DNA of 63,476 nucleotides, filler included, from Hyphochytrium catenoides (taxonomy: Eukaryota; Protista; Hyphochytriomycota), in the NCBI GenBank assembly GCA_900088475.1. It is 5 parts of 5 records of this genome, joined end to end, with 100 filler letters (N's around TTAATTAATTAA, not from the genome) between each part and the next. Parts side by side here need not be neighbours in the genome. Positions count along the whole stretch, not along the records: positions 19,380 to 43,756 come from FLMG01003846.1; 4 more parts are not named here. One strand, 5' to 3'. Below, piece after piece: positions 27,788 through 37,772 of this stretch (positions within the stretch are counted from its first letter, which is position 1; every line of letters starts with the position of its first letter). The translations under genes were made by a program, and so were the position numbers. The notes beneath the pieces are model-generated. The model was given only the letters and a program-made list of their open reading frames with translations. It made no database searches and was not told where the DNA came from.

Positions 27788-28636
27788 TTAGAAGGCCTCG
27801 GCAGCTCCAGGTGCCTTTGGCCGAGGACTATGCTGAAATTCGTCGACTACTTGTTTAAGCGCAGCAATATCCATTAGATCAATCTCCTTGGGATAATGGA
27901 CCTGTCTGGATTGTGTGGGTTTAGAAGACTGAAGTGGCGGTGGCCTGTTGGCGTCGTTCCGAGTAGCGGTTGATATTTGCGCTTGAGGCCGGGTGACAGC
28001 TTTCTGAGGGTTAGGGACAACGCGTCGCACCGTCGCAAGGTCCATTAGGTCTATCTCCTTGGACGCACATCTCTCCCGGTTCTGTGCAGAAGCATCTTGA
28101 GCCATTGATCCATTTGCTCTGGAAGCTCTTATACCAGGCGCATGATAGTAGGTTTGTTCCTGTCTTGGACGCCGATCTATTTGATGGGCCACGTGAGGTC
28201 TAGCCGGATGCCTTGTAGCTCTTGGGGATTGTGCACTGAGGCTCGGAGCTTTGGAAGTATAGGGATGCGGCACCTGAGAACTCCTACTGGCTGTCCTTGA
28301 GGGCATCGAGGTATAAGAATGCCTTCTAGGCTCAAAGTAAGCTTCATCAGACGGAAGAAACTCGTCTGAAATGTCGCGCTCATAGTATTGAGAGCCGCTG
28401 GAATAGCGAGACTCTATGTTGCTGTGACCACAATGGCCATTTGACTGCAAATATTGTTCATATTCCTCTGGAGGAAGGATGACAGGTCGTTCCACACTTT
28501 GGGAAGGTCGGTAGTTCCGTGGGTGATAGTCATATTGGTTGAAAGGCGTCTGTGTGTGCGTTGATTGTGGTCGATATTTGTCCTGGTGACTCCTGATGGT
28601 ACCTGCTGTCATCAAGTCAATCTCCTTTCCACTCAT
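27788..28636 (-). CDS. Hypothetical disordered protein with three KEIDLM motifs
   Basis: 282-aa ATG-initiated ORF, S/P/R/Q/Y-rich, with KEIDLM repeated three times using different synonymous codons. Confidence 0.7.
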   Translation of the reverse strand: MSGKEIDLMTAGTIRSHQDKYRPQSTHTQTPFNQYDYHPRNYRPSQSVERPVILPPEEYEQYLQSNGHCGHSNIESRYSSGSQYYERDISDEFLPSDEAYFEPRRHSYTSMPSRTASRSSQVPHPYTSKAPSLSAQSPRATRHPARPHVAHQIDRRPRQEQTYYHAPGIRASRANGSMAQDASAQNRERCASKEIDLMDLATVRRVVPNPQKAVTRPQAQISTATRNDANRPPPLQSSKPTQSRQVHYPKEIDLMDIAALKQVVDEFQHSPRPKAPGAAEAF

Positions 28637-29668
28637 TCTAGGATTAGCGCAGCTTTGGCTTCGGTTCCCTAGGGTTGTAGAGATCGGCAGAATCTCCGAA
28701 TGGCAGCCCGTGAAGCGAGCTTTGGCCGGACATACAGTCTCCCCGTCAGACGAAGTTTCCTCGCCTTCCTTTCCCCCTTCCTACAAACCTTTCTCCCACA
28801 GCTTATAGTACAAAGAATATCTCTTTGTACCTTGTCGAGGTTCTGTACCTACTCTGTCACTGAACATGTCATAGAATAATACTGGGGAGGCTGTATCTCT
28901 TCCACTCTTCTTTTTCCTCTGTAACTCTTTGTCTCGCTCTCGTCTTATTCTTCCTTTTGGTACGGTAGGTCTTTTAACAGTGGAACGCTCTCACCAGCTG
29001 CCACCCTCAAATCCATCAAAATCACGAGCCCCGCATAGTGCAAGTATCTGCCTTGCTAACTCTGTCTCTCACAGCTAATACCTCTTATAATACCTTCCCT
29101 CTATCTCTGAGCAACTCTGTCTATTCGAACTGCAGGCAAAGTTGACCACAAACCACAACGTGCGGATTATTATGATGACAGCTGTAAGTGTTCTAGAATC
29201 ATAGAGACAACGTTGAGTCTATAGACAGTTCCTGACGCCACACTTGACATGGGTCGCAGCAGGGCAGCTCCCATTTTGTTACTTGGTAAGTTATGTAAGC
29301 TGACTTGCTTTACCTGATACTTGTCTACTTGGTTATGACCTTCTCAGATATTCTCCAGGAGCTGTGGTGGTGATGTGTCCTGTCACTGATCTGGAAGAAG
29401 ACAAAGAGGCTAAGAATCCTGAGAGACCTGACAGCCTTTTCTGGTATCGTCAGTCGCCGTCTGCCTCTTCAGTTCTTAGCGATAATACCTGGGCACCGTC
29501 CTTCTTTATCATGACAATCCAGCTCCTCCTTCGAGCTAGACGGTATATGCCTTTAACTCCTCCGTGGCGGGCATCCTGACCGTACATCACTCGGTTCGCT
29601 GCTGAAGGCAGGACTGTGTATAGCTTGTCAGTATAGGTGGTCGCTGTGTTTGATTGACGACACGGAAT

Positions 29669-31081
29669 ATGGCTAGAAACCAAGCAGGAGGACTTGGAAC
29701 TAGGTTCAGCAAGAAAAGCAGCATTCTGGTATATCTACTACTTGGATGGTATGTGACAACGGCATCAACCCTTGTAGATGCCATTGATGGCGCGGAGGAC
29801 AACCCAGTGGACGACACTGCCGTGAATGAGAGGAAAGAGGCAGAGGGAAGACTGAATAAGCTGCGAAACAGTGCGACCTCCTACCGAGGTAAGATATCCG
29901 AGATACATTATCTACGATGGTATGCCTTTACTCAATAGAGTGAAACAGAGCTCGGGAAGTTCAAGGAGATGTCGCAGGATCTGCAAGAGGCAAAAACCCT
30001 TGCCCGAAGCTTGTATGGGGAAAAATCCTCTATGTACGCCCAGACTTTAGGAGAAATGGGTGACGGCTATGCAGCATTCAAAATGTTTGACAAAGCCGCT
30101 CCAGCTCTCAGAGAAGCCATGGATATATACCAGTCGGCTCAAGGAGTGGATGTAAGGCATTCCGGAACAACACTAGCTCCGATATCTAACCTCATGTTGT
30201 CAGAGCGCACTTTTCGTCATCACGTCAGAGAAGCTTGCTGAGGTCTACACAATTCAGAAGAAATACAAGGAGGCACTAAAACTTTACAAGAAGCAGCTTG
30301 AACTCATACGGAGTAACCTCGGGGACCGCCACGTGGCTTATGTTATGGTAAGAACCGCGCAACTGGAGCATTCACCCAGACTTCCGATTGACGTCTGCTT
30401 ATAGTGCCTGAAGAACATTGCGAAGCAGTACGCATACCTGAAGAAATACAAGTCAGCACTCAAAGCCATCGATAAACTCAACAAACAATTAGAAGATCCC
30501 GACGGAGGCTTTACTTTGGAAACCGCCCGATTTGTCACTGGTAATGACCCGTATTGAGCAACAACTGAACCCACAACATAATGTACCATTTTGCGTTGTG
30601 GACAGGGTTACACGCGGATAACGAAAAACGACGCGAAGAGTTACACGCTATGGTGTTTGAGGATCGCGCTGACATCCTTACAAAATTGGAGAGATTTGAT
30701 GAAGCTTTGGCGGCTCAAGAGGTAAGCAGCTGCGATCGTGATATGTAACTCATTCTCTTACAATGATCAATCCTCTGGTAGCGTGGTGTCAAGTACCAGA
30801 AGCTTGCCTTTGGAGATAATAGTATGGCTGTGGCCTTCAGTCTCAATCGTGTCGCGGGAATTTATCACGCACAGGGCAAATTGGAGCTGAGTATACCATA
30901 CTTGGAAGGAGCTGTTGAGATTGCAAAGAAGGTGCACGGGAAAGACCACAACCTCGTCGTGCAGGGTCAGGACATGATAGCAAGACTGAAAAGGGATGTG
31001 ACTCAGCGTACGGCAGCAGGCAATTCTGATGACTTTGAAACCGGTGATAAAACTCATGGCACAGTCAAGGAAGATTTATAG
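29669..31081 (+). CDS. Signal-peptide TPR-repeat protein (kinesin-light-chain-like TPRs) ending in KEDL
   Basis: N-terminal hydrophobic stretch ILVYLLLGWYVTTAS. About 50-70-nt GT-AG introns join TPR-like units (YAQTLGEMGDGYAAFKMFDKAAPALREAMDIY; KLAEVYTIQKKYKEALKLYKKQLEL; VAFSLNRVAGIYHAQGKLELSIPYLEGAVEIAKKVHGKDH). C-terminus TVKEDL*. Confidence 0.82.
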
Positions 31082-31368
31082 TCGAAGATAGGGTCATAAA
31101 CCGCGGTAAGGGCCTGCTTTCCTATTCTTCCTATCGCCGCTTCAGATCTTCCTCGGGTTTGATCGAAGATAGGACACACTATGTCCATGTTTGTGCTCCT
31201 CATAGGTGCTCCTCGTACGCTCTGAAGCCTCAAATTAGATTCTATAGATGAATCATTAAGGGCTGGTGCTTGACTCACGAGAAGTCAAACAGCACTAATA
31301 AATATATATACAATCTTTGCTCTTACATTAGCTTTATGATCAATACTGATATCTAGTAGGAGACGATA

Positions 31369-32076
31369 TTATACTATTGGCTGAGCCTTCATCTGGAAGT
31401 TCTCGGTGCTGCGCTGAGGAAACTCATCTGGACATACCACCCAGAAAAATAAGGCAGCTAGAGCTCCACCCATAAATGGACCAAAGATGTAGAGATGGAG
31501 GTGATCCCACCCTCCGTGAACGCATGTAAGACCGAAGCCAACTGCGGGGTTGAAGGCACCACCACTAATCGGGCCACAGGAGTAGGCGCTGAATAGAACG
31601 GTCAAACCTATTGCTGCGCCAAAGAAACCGTTGCCTTCCTGAGACTTAGTGGTAGCAGTATGCAAGACAACAGCCACGAGGAAGAAGGTAGAAATGAGCT
31701 CGGCCATGAAGGCCTGGCCGTTGGTGGCTTCATTGCTTGGGTTGATTGGTACAGTACGACCGGTAATTGCGGCTCCCATGGCAGCACCGACAACGCCCCC
31801 TAGACACTGAACGAGGCAGTAGATAAGAGCCGCCACCACGTTCAGCTTCCCGCGGAGCACGATACCAAGGGTCACGGCAGGATTATAGTGAGCGCCGGAA
31901 ACATGGCCTCCCATCCAAATCATCACCATAAGACATATTCCAATTGCGAAAGGGGCATAATTTCCAGCTGTTGCCACCGACGTCTCAACGGTGAAAACTA
32001 GAGCAAAGGTACCGACAAACTCTGTCAAGTACCTGGCTACAAACTTCCTCCAGAGATGAGGCACTTCTTGGCTCAT
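31369..32076 (-). CDS. Aquaporin / MIP-family channel, intronless
   Basis: 235 aa with EFVGTF, SGAHYNPAVT, AELISTF and SGGAFNPAVG; six hydrophobic segments. Confidence 0.95.
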   Translation of the reverse strand: MSQEVPHLWRKFVARYLTEFVGTFALVFTVETSVATAGNYAPFAIGICLMVMIWMGGHVSGAHYNPAVTLGIVLRGKLNVVAALIYCLVQCLGGVVGAAMGAAITGRTVPINPSNEATNGQAFMAELISTFFLVAVVLHTATTKSQEGNGFFGAAIGLTVLFSAYSCGPISGGAFNPAVGFGLTCVHGGWDHLHLYIFGPFMGGALAALFFWVVCPDEFPQRSTENFQMKAQPIV

Positions 32077-35000
32077 ATTGGCAGAGATGGCTCTCGCAAT
32101 AGTTTATCTTGATACCTGGTCTATCTATACAGCGGCAGCGGCACTCTGTTTGCGAGGGCGATGGAATTTTATGATCTGGTTGACCTGGAGCTTTACGGTG
32201 CCTTTGACTCCACTATCATCTGCCTCAGGCTACGACTACATTGAGGGGAAGGTGCATTGCTGCACTAAAAATACGCACGGACGATGAGGATGTCTTTGAA
32301 CCCTTCTCCTTGATAGAGGGGAGACAACCTACCAAGAGCGTGTGGCTTGCTGGGGCTAAAGCGGGGTATGAAGGCAGGCATTGGCTGCTTCGTCAAAAAG
32401 AAAAGGCTGTCAGCCCATCAGCATTCTTCGCACTCTTGTAAACTCTGAAGCTGTTGGAAGCCTTACTTTCGGAGGATGAAATGAAACTTCTCGCAGATCG
32501 CAGGAATTGTATTCTGAAATTGTGAGCAGGACAATGGAGGGGATATGGGATACTACCGTACTGATCTGAAATACCAATCTTGTGCATCCTCACAGGAAAA
32601 CACAGAGATAATCAAGGGAGGACCGTTACAACATCGTCCCTGCCAAAGGAAGCTGTTGTGAGTACTGAAAGGACAGGATTGACACCGTGCCTCGAGGTCA
32701 GGACAGTGTAGTCGAGGAACGTCCTACAGTCTAGTTCGAAGTAATGTTCCTGATCCTAGAAATGCAAACAGAACTGTTTGTAAATAGACCCAGCCATGCT
32801 AGGTAGGTGTTGGTCTTGACTGCTGTAGCTCATCGTTTGCCTCTGTTTCCCCGCTCTTGCTCAGCACAGTGGCTTTCCTTTTTGTTCGGGGTTAGCTTTA
32901 TTAGAGAAAGATAGGGCTAAAAAAAGCACATCCTGGGAACTGCAACGAAAAAACAATAGGTTGTTGAACAGGATGACACAAGGACGACAAAGTGCGCCAC
33001 CGGTAGACTGATAGAGCAGTCCAACAGGGCTTGCCTTCTCATTTCTGAAGCTGCCGTTGAAGGAGCAAATGTAGGAAGAACTGTTCAACGGACAAGGTAA
33101 GACACAGATCCGATAGAAGAAGAACAAACTGATACTGAGCACGAGTTGACTTTTTTAGTAGAAAACATATATCCAATCGCATAAAAACGAGGTGCCGAGC
33201 ACGAGGTCAATAACATAACGCTATTCTGATGCGTCTTATCTTTGACCCAAGATTACCCTACGCTCGCCGCTACCCTACCCTCACCACTACCCTATGCTGA
33301 CTGCCACTGGAACTACACGGATCTTTTGAAGACACATACATGCCGTTGGATCTGACTTTAGGTTGGATGCCGTTAACTGGGTATGTAGCCACTTGTACCA
33401 ACGGACACACCTGGCACTTAGTTATTAGTTATTATGCCAGATTCTTCACTAGAAAACGCAGCAATACTAATGAAGCTCACAATTCCATCTCCGCGTTGCT
33501 TGACGGCAAACTTCTTTTGAGTTCACTGACGACTACTTCAATAGCCCACACGTGTTGGGTTGGCTTGGAAAACGAAAGACGACTGCTGCTGACGAGCCAA
33601 AGCGGTAGGCTCTAATAACCATAGTCATCGACCATCAATTGAGGGAAAGTAGTCAAGTGGAGGTGACTTGTCGTCCACAGCGCGGCCTTCCCCTTATAGC
33701 GCGGCCCAAAAAGCAACAAGTCTCCTAAGCATTTGGAAGTTTCTTTAGTGACAGCATTATCAATCATATATGATACGAAGAGTGGACCTTAGACGACGTT
33801 TTTTCCGTGGGTCTATCTCATCTTCCTAGTTCTGAACGTAGAGAGTTACGTGGACCTTTGTCTTAGCATCTATGTCTTCTTCGGAGGGGAGAAACAACAA
33901 CAACGTGGCTCGTAGTAGTGATGCAAACCTTACCTCTTCAATGACGAGACGTGACTGGAGGTTGCACGTGGGGCAGGATTCCTGGTGAGCATATGCAGGA
34001 TTTGATTTTTTGTATCCATATCCCATAGGATTTCACCTCTGGCAAGGTGCCTGAAAAGGCGCATAGTAAGGTAGAAATGAACCCCTAATTCTTGCGGAAG
34101 TACATCAGTAGAAAGTGCCATTCATTGACCTTCTATATGACAAGTCAAGTCGCTATTCAGGCTTGGCTCGTTATGTTATGGCCTCTGCGTCACGAAGTTT
34201 AATAGTGGCCGTAATAGCACATTGCCTTGCTACGGTTTCCAGACCCGTGTATGAGCAAAGTCCGAACGTGAAGGCATAAAACAAACAACTAATAAGGACA
34301 GCAGGATGGCGGAAAGCAAAACAAGGCATGACATCATGGTCAAGGCTAGGCGCCAAGGTCAACTCCAGGCTTTTGGCTCTGTTTCTTTTGCAACTTTAAG
34401 TATGCACCCTTAATGAGCGTACTTGTGGAGAAAGACACACTCTAAGTCATCATAGTTGTTAGTAACCTTCTTCGCAATAGAGACTCTGACCGTCCTGGTG
34501 GAAGGACACAGACGGATCTGCACCACATATTGTATCCCTTACACCGCCACCAGTGTCTTCAAACTCACCTGAAGTGCATGAAGTAACAAGCCTTTTGTCT
34601 ATTAGCTCTTTAAAAAGTTTACGCCACTTTACTCTGATTGTTCCTGTTACAGGGGTTCCCGATTGTTGGTGTGCACGAATCAAAAGTTATCATTCTCCTT
34701 TCGGTATGCAATAGGGCCACTAATAGAAAAATAGCCTTTCTCTTGTTGTGTCTTCCAGTCTCTAGCCTCATTACGTCGATGATTGCCATGTGGATGGGCA
34801 ATGGGAAGGAGCTTTGCAGAGAAGGAAGTCTGTGAATGACCTCATCTCAATCGATTGCTATCGCCGCTTTGAACCAGCACTATCCAGGCGCTGGCCTCGT
34901 TAACTATTGGTTCCTAGCCCTAACTAGCGACCTAAGGCCATAATGGATTGATGAGGCTAAGATGAATAGTTCTATGGAGATTTATCGTATTGTAAATTAC

Positions 35001-35467
35001 TGCACCACTTTCCTGTCAGGTCAATGAAACTACCAGTTACTATTCGGGACACATAAGTCAATTATCAAGGATCGGAATGTTCGTTACAAACGCTCTCCAG
35101 CCCAATGATGAGCCTTCAAAAGCCACGCCTCCTCCTTAGTCCTTTTGAATAACAGAGCAGGCGAAGAAAGCTTCTCTAACGAAGGCAGCGCGGATGGAAA
35201 CGTGACCCAGGATTAATAGCCCTCAATAGGTACCATCATTGGCTCCAACTCGTGACGGAAAGGCTAAAGGACCGACTTGCCTGGAGGTGCAAGCTCAGTC
35301 TTGGATTGATATTTGGCCATTCCAACATCCTATAGATCCCACTTAAACAAAGGAATGCGCTCACAAGGCTGCCTGCGCTCCTACCGGATGAAGGTATGGT
35401 CAAAGTGGGTGGATTAAGTTGTGAAGACTACATGCCCGCCTAGGAGAAGAGTGCTACCCGTGTGAGC

Positions 35468-37468
35468 ATGATGGCCAAGGCGGCGGTAACACCATTCGCG
35501 AAGAGGACTGGTGGACGAAGGCAAGCCAAGGCCCACCTTCACGCTGACCAGTTGACACGTCTTGGGAGGCTTCGTATAAAACTTCAAGGCTATTTGCGGG
35601 GAGTGCAAGCGGAGGTCTTCTTTGGTGGTTTGACAGCAATTTATGGGATTGTGGTTCTTCTAGAACTATTACTGACAGAATCATCGGCCCCCGACGATGT
35701 GGCAAGGTATTTAAAGGAAAGGGTATTCCCGCCACTCAACGTGGTGCTTGTTACGGTGCTCCTAGCCGAAGTCTGCCTCAAAGTTTTCGCCTACGGTCAC
35801 GTTTACTTGGTAAAGGCATGGAACGCCTTTGATGCCATGGTAGTGGTGGCTTCTTTCATCCTTACTTACCTCCAACAGTTCAACCTCATATCCGGGGCCG
35901 GTGTGTTCGTGATTATTCTTAGACTGTTACGGCTTTTCCGCCTCGTCGTTGTCTTTGAAAGAATCAAGTCGAGGGCAAGGATAGTGGCAAACATTGCGGG
36001 AGATGAGGGCATTGGTACCCCTCTCGAGAAGGTTCTGGCTTACCTAAGTGAGATGTCAGATATGCAAGGCTTGCACCCAAAATATCATGACAACATCTTC
36101 TATATTATGGAAGTCATCAAGTCCAATCGTCTCTACCAGACATCTGAAGATGCTCTGGATAAACAAGATTTGGATGACGAGACCAGAATGTGGCTGAAAG
36201 GTACAATGGCGCCTGCACCTCAAATGCTAAACCCTAAGACCGCAAAGCTGCTAGGGATCGAGATGCCAGAAGGAAGTGGAGGGGACGCTAACAAGAGCAT
36301 AAAGAAAAGCATGCCAAAAGCTCTAATCAAGAAGGCGCTTAGCCTGAAAAATATTCCTGAGCTTGTGGTTGAAAACGAAGCGGAGCTCACAGAAATTCTG
36401 AAACTCAGTGCGTCCTGGGACTTCAATGTTCTCGCCTTACAGAAAGTAACGAAGGGCAACACCATACGGCACCTTGGTGTATTCCTTTTCAAAAAGCATA
36501 ACCTCTTAGAGGAGGTGAAATGTGGCATGGAGGTGCTAATGTGCTTCTTTAAGGGCATTCAGGATGGATACAAGGCAAACCCTTACCATAATGCGATCCA
36601 TGGAGCAGATGTGATGCAGACGATGAACTATTTCGTCTGTCTACCAGACATCGCGAGATGTCTCACCCCAATGGACAAAATGATTGCCCTAGTGGCCGGT
36701 GCTATCCATGACTACAAACACGATGGCGTTAACAATTTATTTCACGTCAACTCACAAAGCGAGCTGGCGCTGCGATACAACGATGTTGCTCCCTTGGAAA
36801 GCATGCACGTTGCTGAAGCATTTGCACTGATGAGGTCAGGACAAGGGGAAGCTAACATTCTGCGCAACCTTCCACCCGACCAAGCGAAATACTGCAGGAC
36901 GTTGATGATAGAGATGGTCCTTTCAACTGATATGTCCGTTCACTTTGAGAAGACTGCTCTATTTAAGACCAAGATCGTGCTATCGGAGCAAAATGAAGAT
37001 GATCAAGGACGCTTCAAGCTGCCAGAGGAACAGGACAAACGGCTTTTGCTAAAGTATGCTCTGCATACTGCCGATGTATCTAACCCTGCCAAGAATTTGT
37101 TCCTGATGCTGTCATGGACCCAACGCGTGGTGGAAGAGTTTTTCCAGCAGGGAGAGAAAGAAAAGGCACTCGGTCTTCCAATCTCTCCGTTTATGGACAG
37201 AGCTAATCCGAATCTGATCAAGCAGCAGTGCGGTTTCATCGACTTTATCGTAAAGCCAATGTATGAACTCTGGGGAGAGATCCTGACAGAAGTGAAAAAG
37301 GGGCCATTAGCGAATGTAGAGAAAAACAAGGAATTCTGGAAGAGCTTGCCGGACACGACAAAGCCATCAGACTTCCCTTCTTTACTAGAAAAGTATTGCC
37401 CTGCTGAAAGTGCCCAGTCCGGCATTTATAGTGTGGACGAGCGACCACAAGATCCAGCTAACGGCTAA
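35468..37468 (+). CDS. Voltage-sensor domain (S1-S4) fused to a class I 3',5'-cyclic-nucleotide phosphodiesterase
   Basis: One uninterrupted frame (aa numbered on the 668-aa ORF from 35462). aa ~51-167 form four TM helices: S2 LAEVCLK, S3 WNAFDAMVVVASF, S4 ILRLLRLFRLV. aa ~319-630 are the PDE domain: WDFNV, YHNAIHGADV, AIHDYKHDGVNNLF, LESMH, STDMSVH, LHTADVSNPAK, EEFFQQGEKEK, QQCGFIDFIVKP. The true N-terminus may include upstream exons. Confidence 0.93.
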   Translation: MMAKAAVTPFAKRTGGRRQAKAHLHADQLTRLGRLRIKLQGYLRGVQAEVFFGGLTAIYGIVVLLELLLTESSAPDDVARYLKERVFPPLNVVLVTVLLAEVCLKVFAYGHVYLVKAWNAFDAMVVVASFILTYLQQFNLISGAGVFVIILRLLRLFRLVVVFERIKSRARIVANIAGDEGIGTPLEKVLAYLSEMSDMQGLHPKYHDNIFYIMEVIKSNRLYQTSEDALDKQDLDDETRMWLKGTMAPAPQMLNPKTAKLLGIEMPEGSGGDANKSIKKSMPKALIKKALSLKNIPELVVENEAELTEILKLSASWDFNVLALQKVTKGNTIRHLGVFLFKKHNLLEEVKCGMEVLMCFFKGIQDGYKANPYHNAIHGADVMQTMNYFVCLPDIARCLTPMDKMIALVAGAIHDYKHDGVNNLFHVNSQSELALRYNDVAPLESMHVAEAFALMRSGQGEANILRNLPPDQAKYCRTLMIEMVLSTDMSVHFEKTALFKTKIVLSEQNEDDQGRFKLPEEQDKRLLLKYALHTADVSNPAKNLFLMLSWTQRVVEEFFQQGEKEKALGLPISPFMDRANPNLIKQQCGFIDFIVKPMYELWGEILTEVKKGPLANVEKNKEFWKSLPDTTKPSDFPSLLEKYCPAESAQSGIYSVDERPQDPANG

Positions 37469-37772
37469 GGCTGTGAGCCCATCCACTGCTGAGTGGAAGT
37501 AGCCATCAGGCCTCTCCTTGTTGGCCATGATAGATCTTTTTAACAAGGAAAGTGCTTGTAATAATACATGGACCATCGCAACCTCCTAGACGCAACCAGA
37601 GTTTTCGATGACCTCATGGCCCGGCGAATTCTGTTGGTCGGTGTACTTACACTAACGGACATAATATGCTCTGCCATGGCCATTGGGGCTCGTTCTCTGC
37701 CTTCTTTAGCCAGATCTACTGATGCTGCTTGCCGGCCCGATGAGCTTCATCTATGGAGAATCGTCAAGAGTC

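Noticed and set aside
32300-34850. Short minus-strand ORFs with splice-like signals between the aquaporin and the VSD-PDE
   Set aside because: Probably a gene with small introns, but I could not assemble a consistent frame or recognise a domain.
35612-35971. Interpretation as an Hv1 proton channel or a truncated Nav/Cav/TPC channel
   Set aside because: It lacks the Hv Asp/Trp signature and any pore segment, and runs in frame into the PDE with no splice or gap.
36220-37425. Antisense ORFs of 112 and 140 aa over the PDE
   Set aside because: Shadow frames of the PDE coding sequence.
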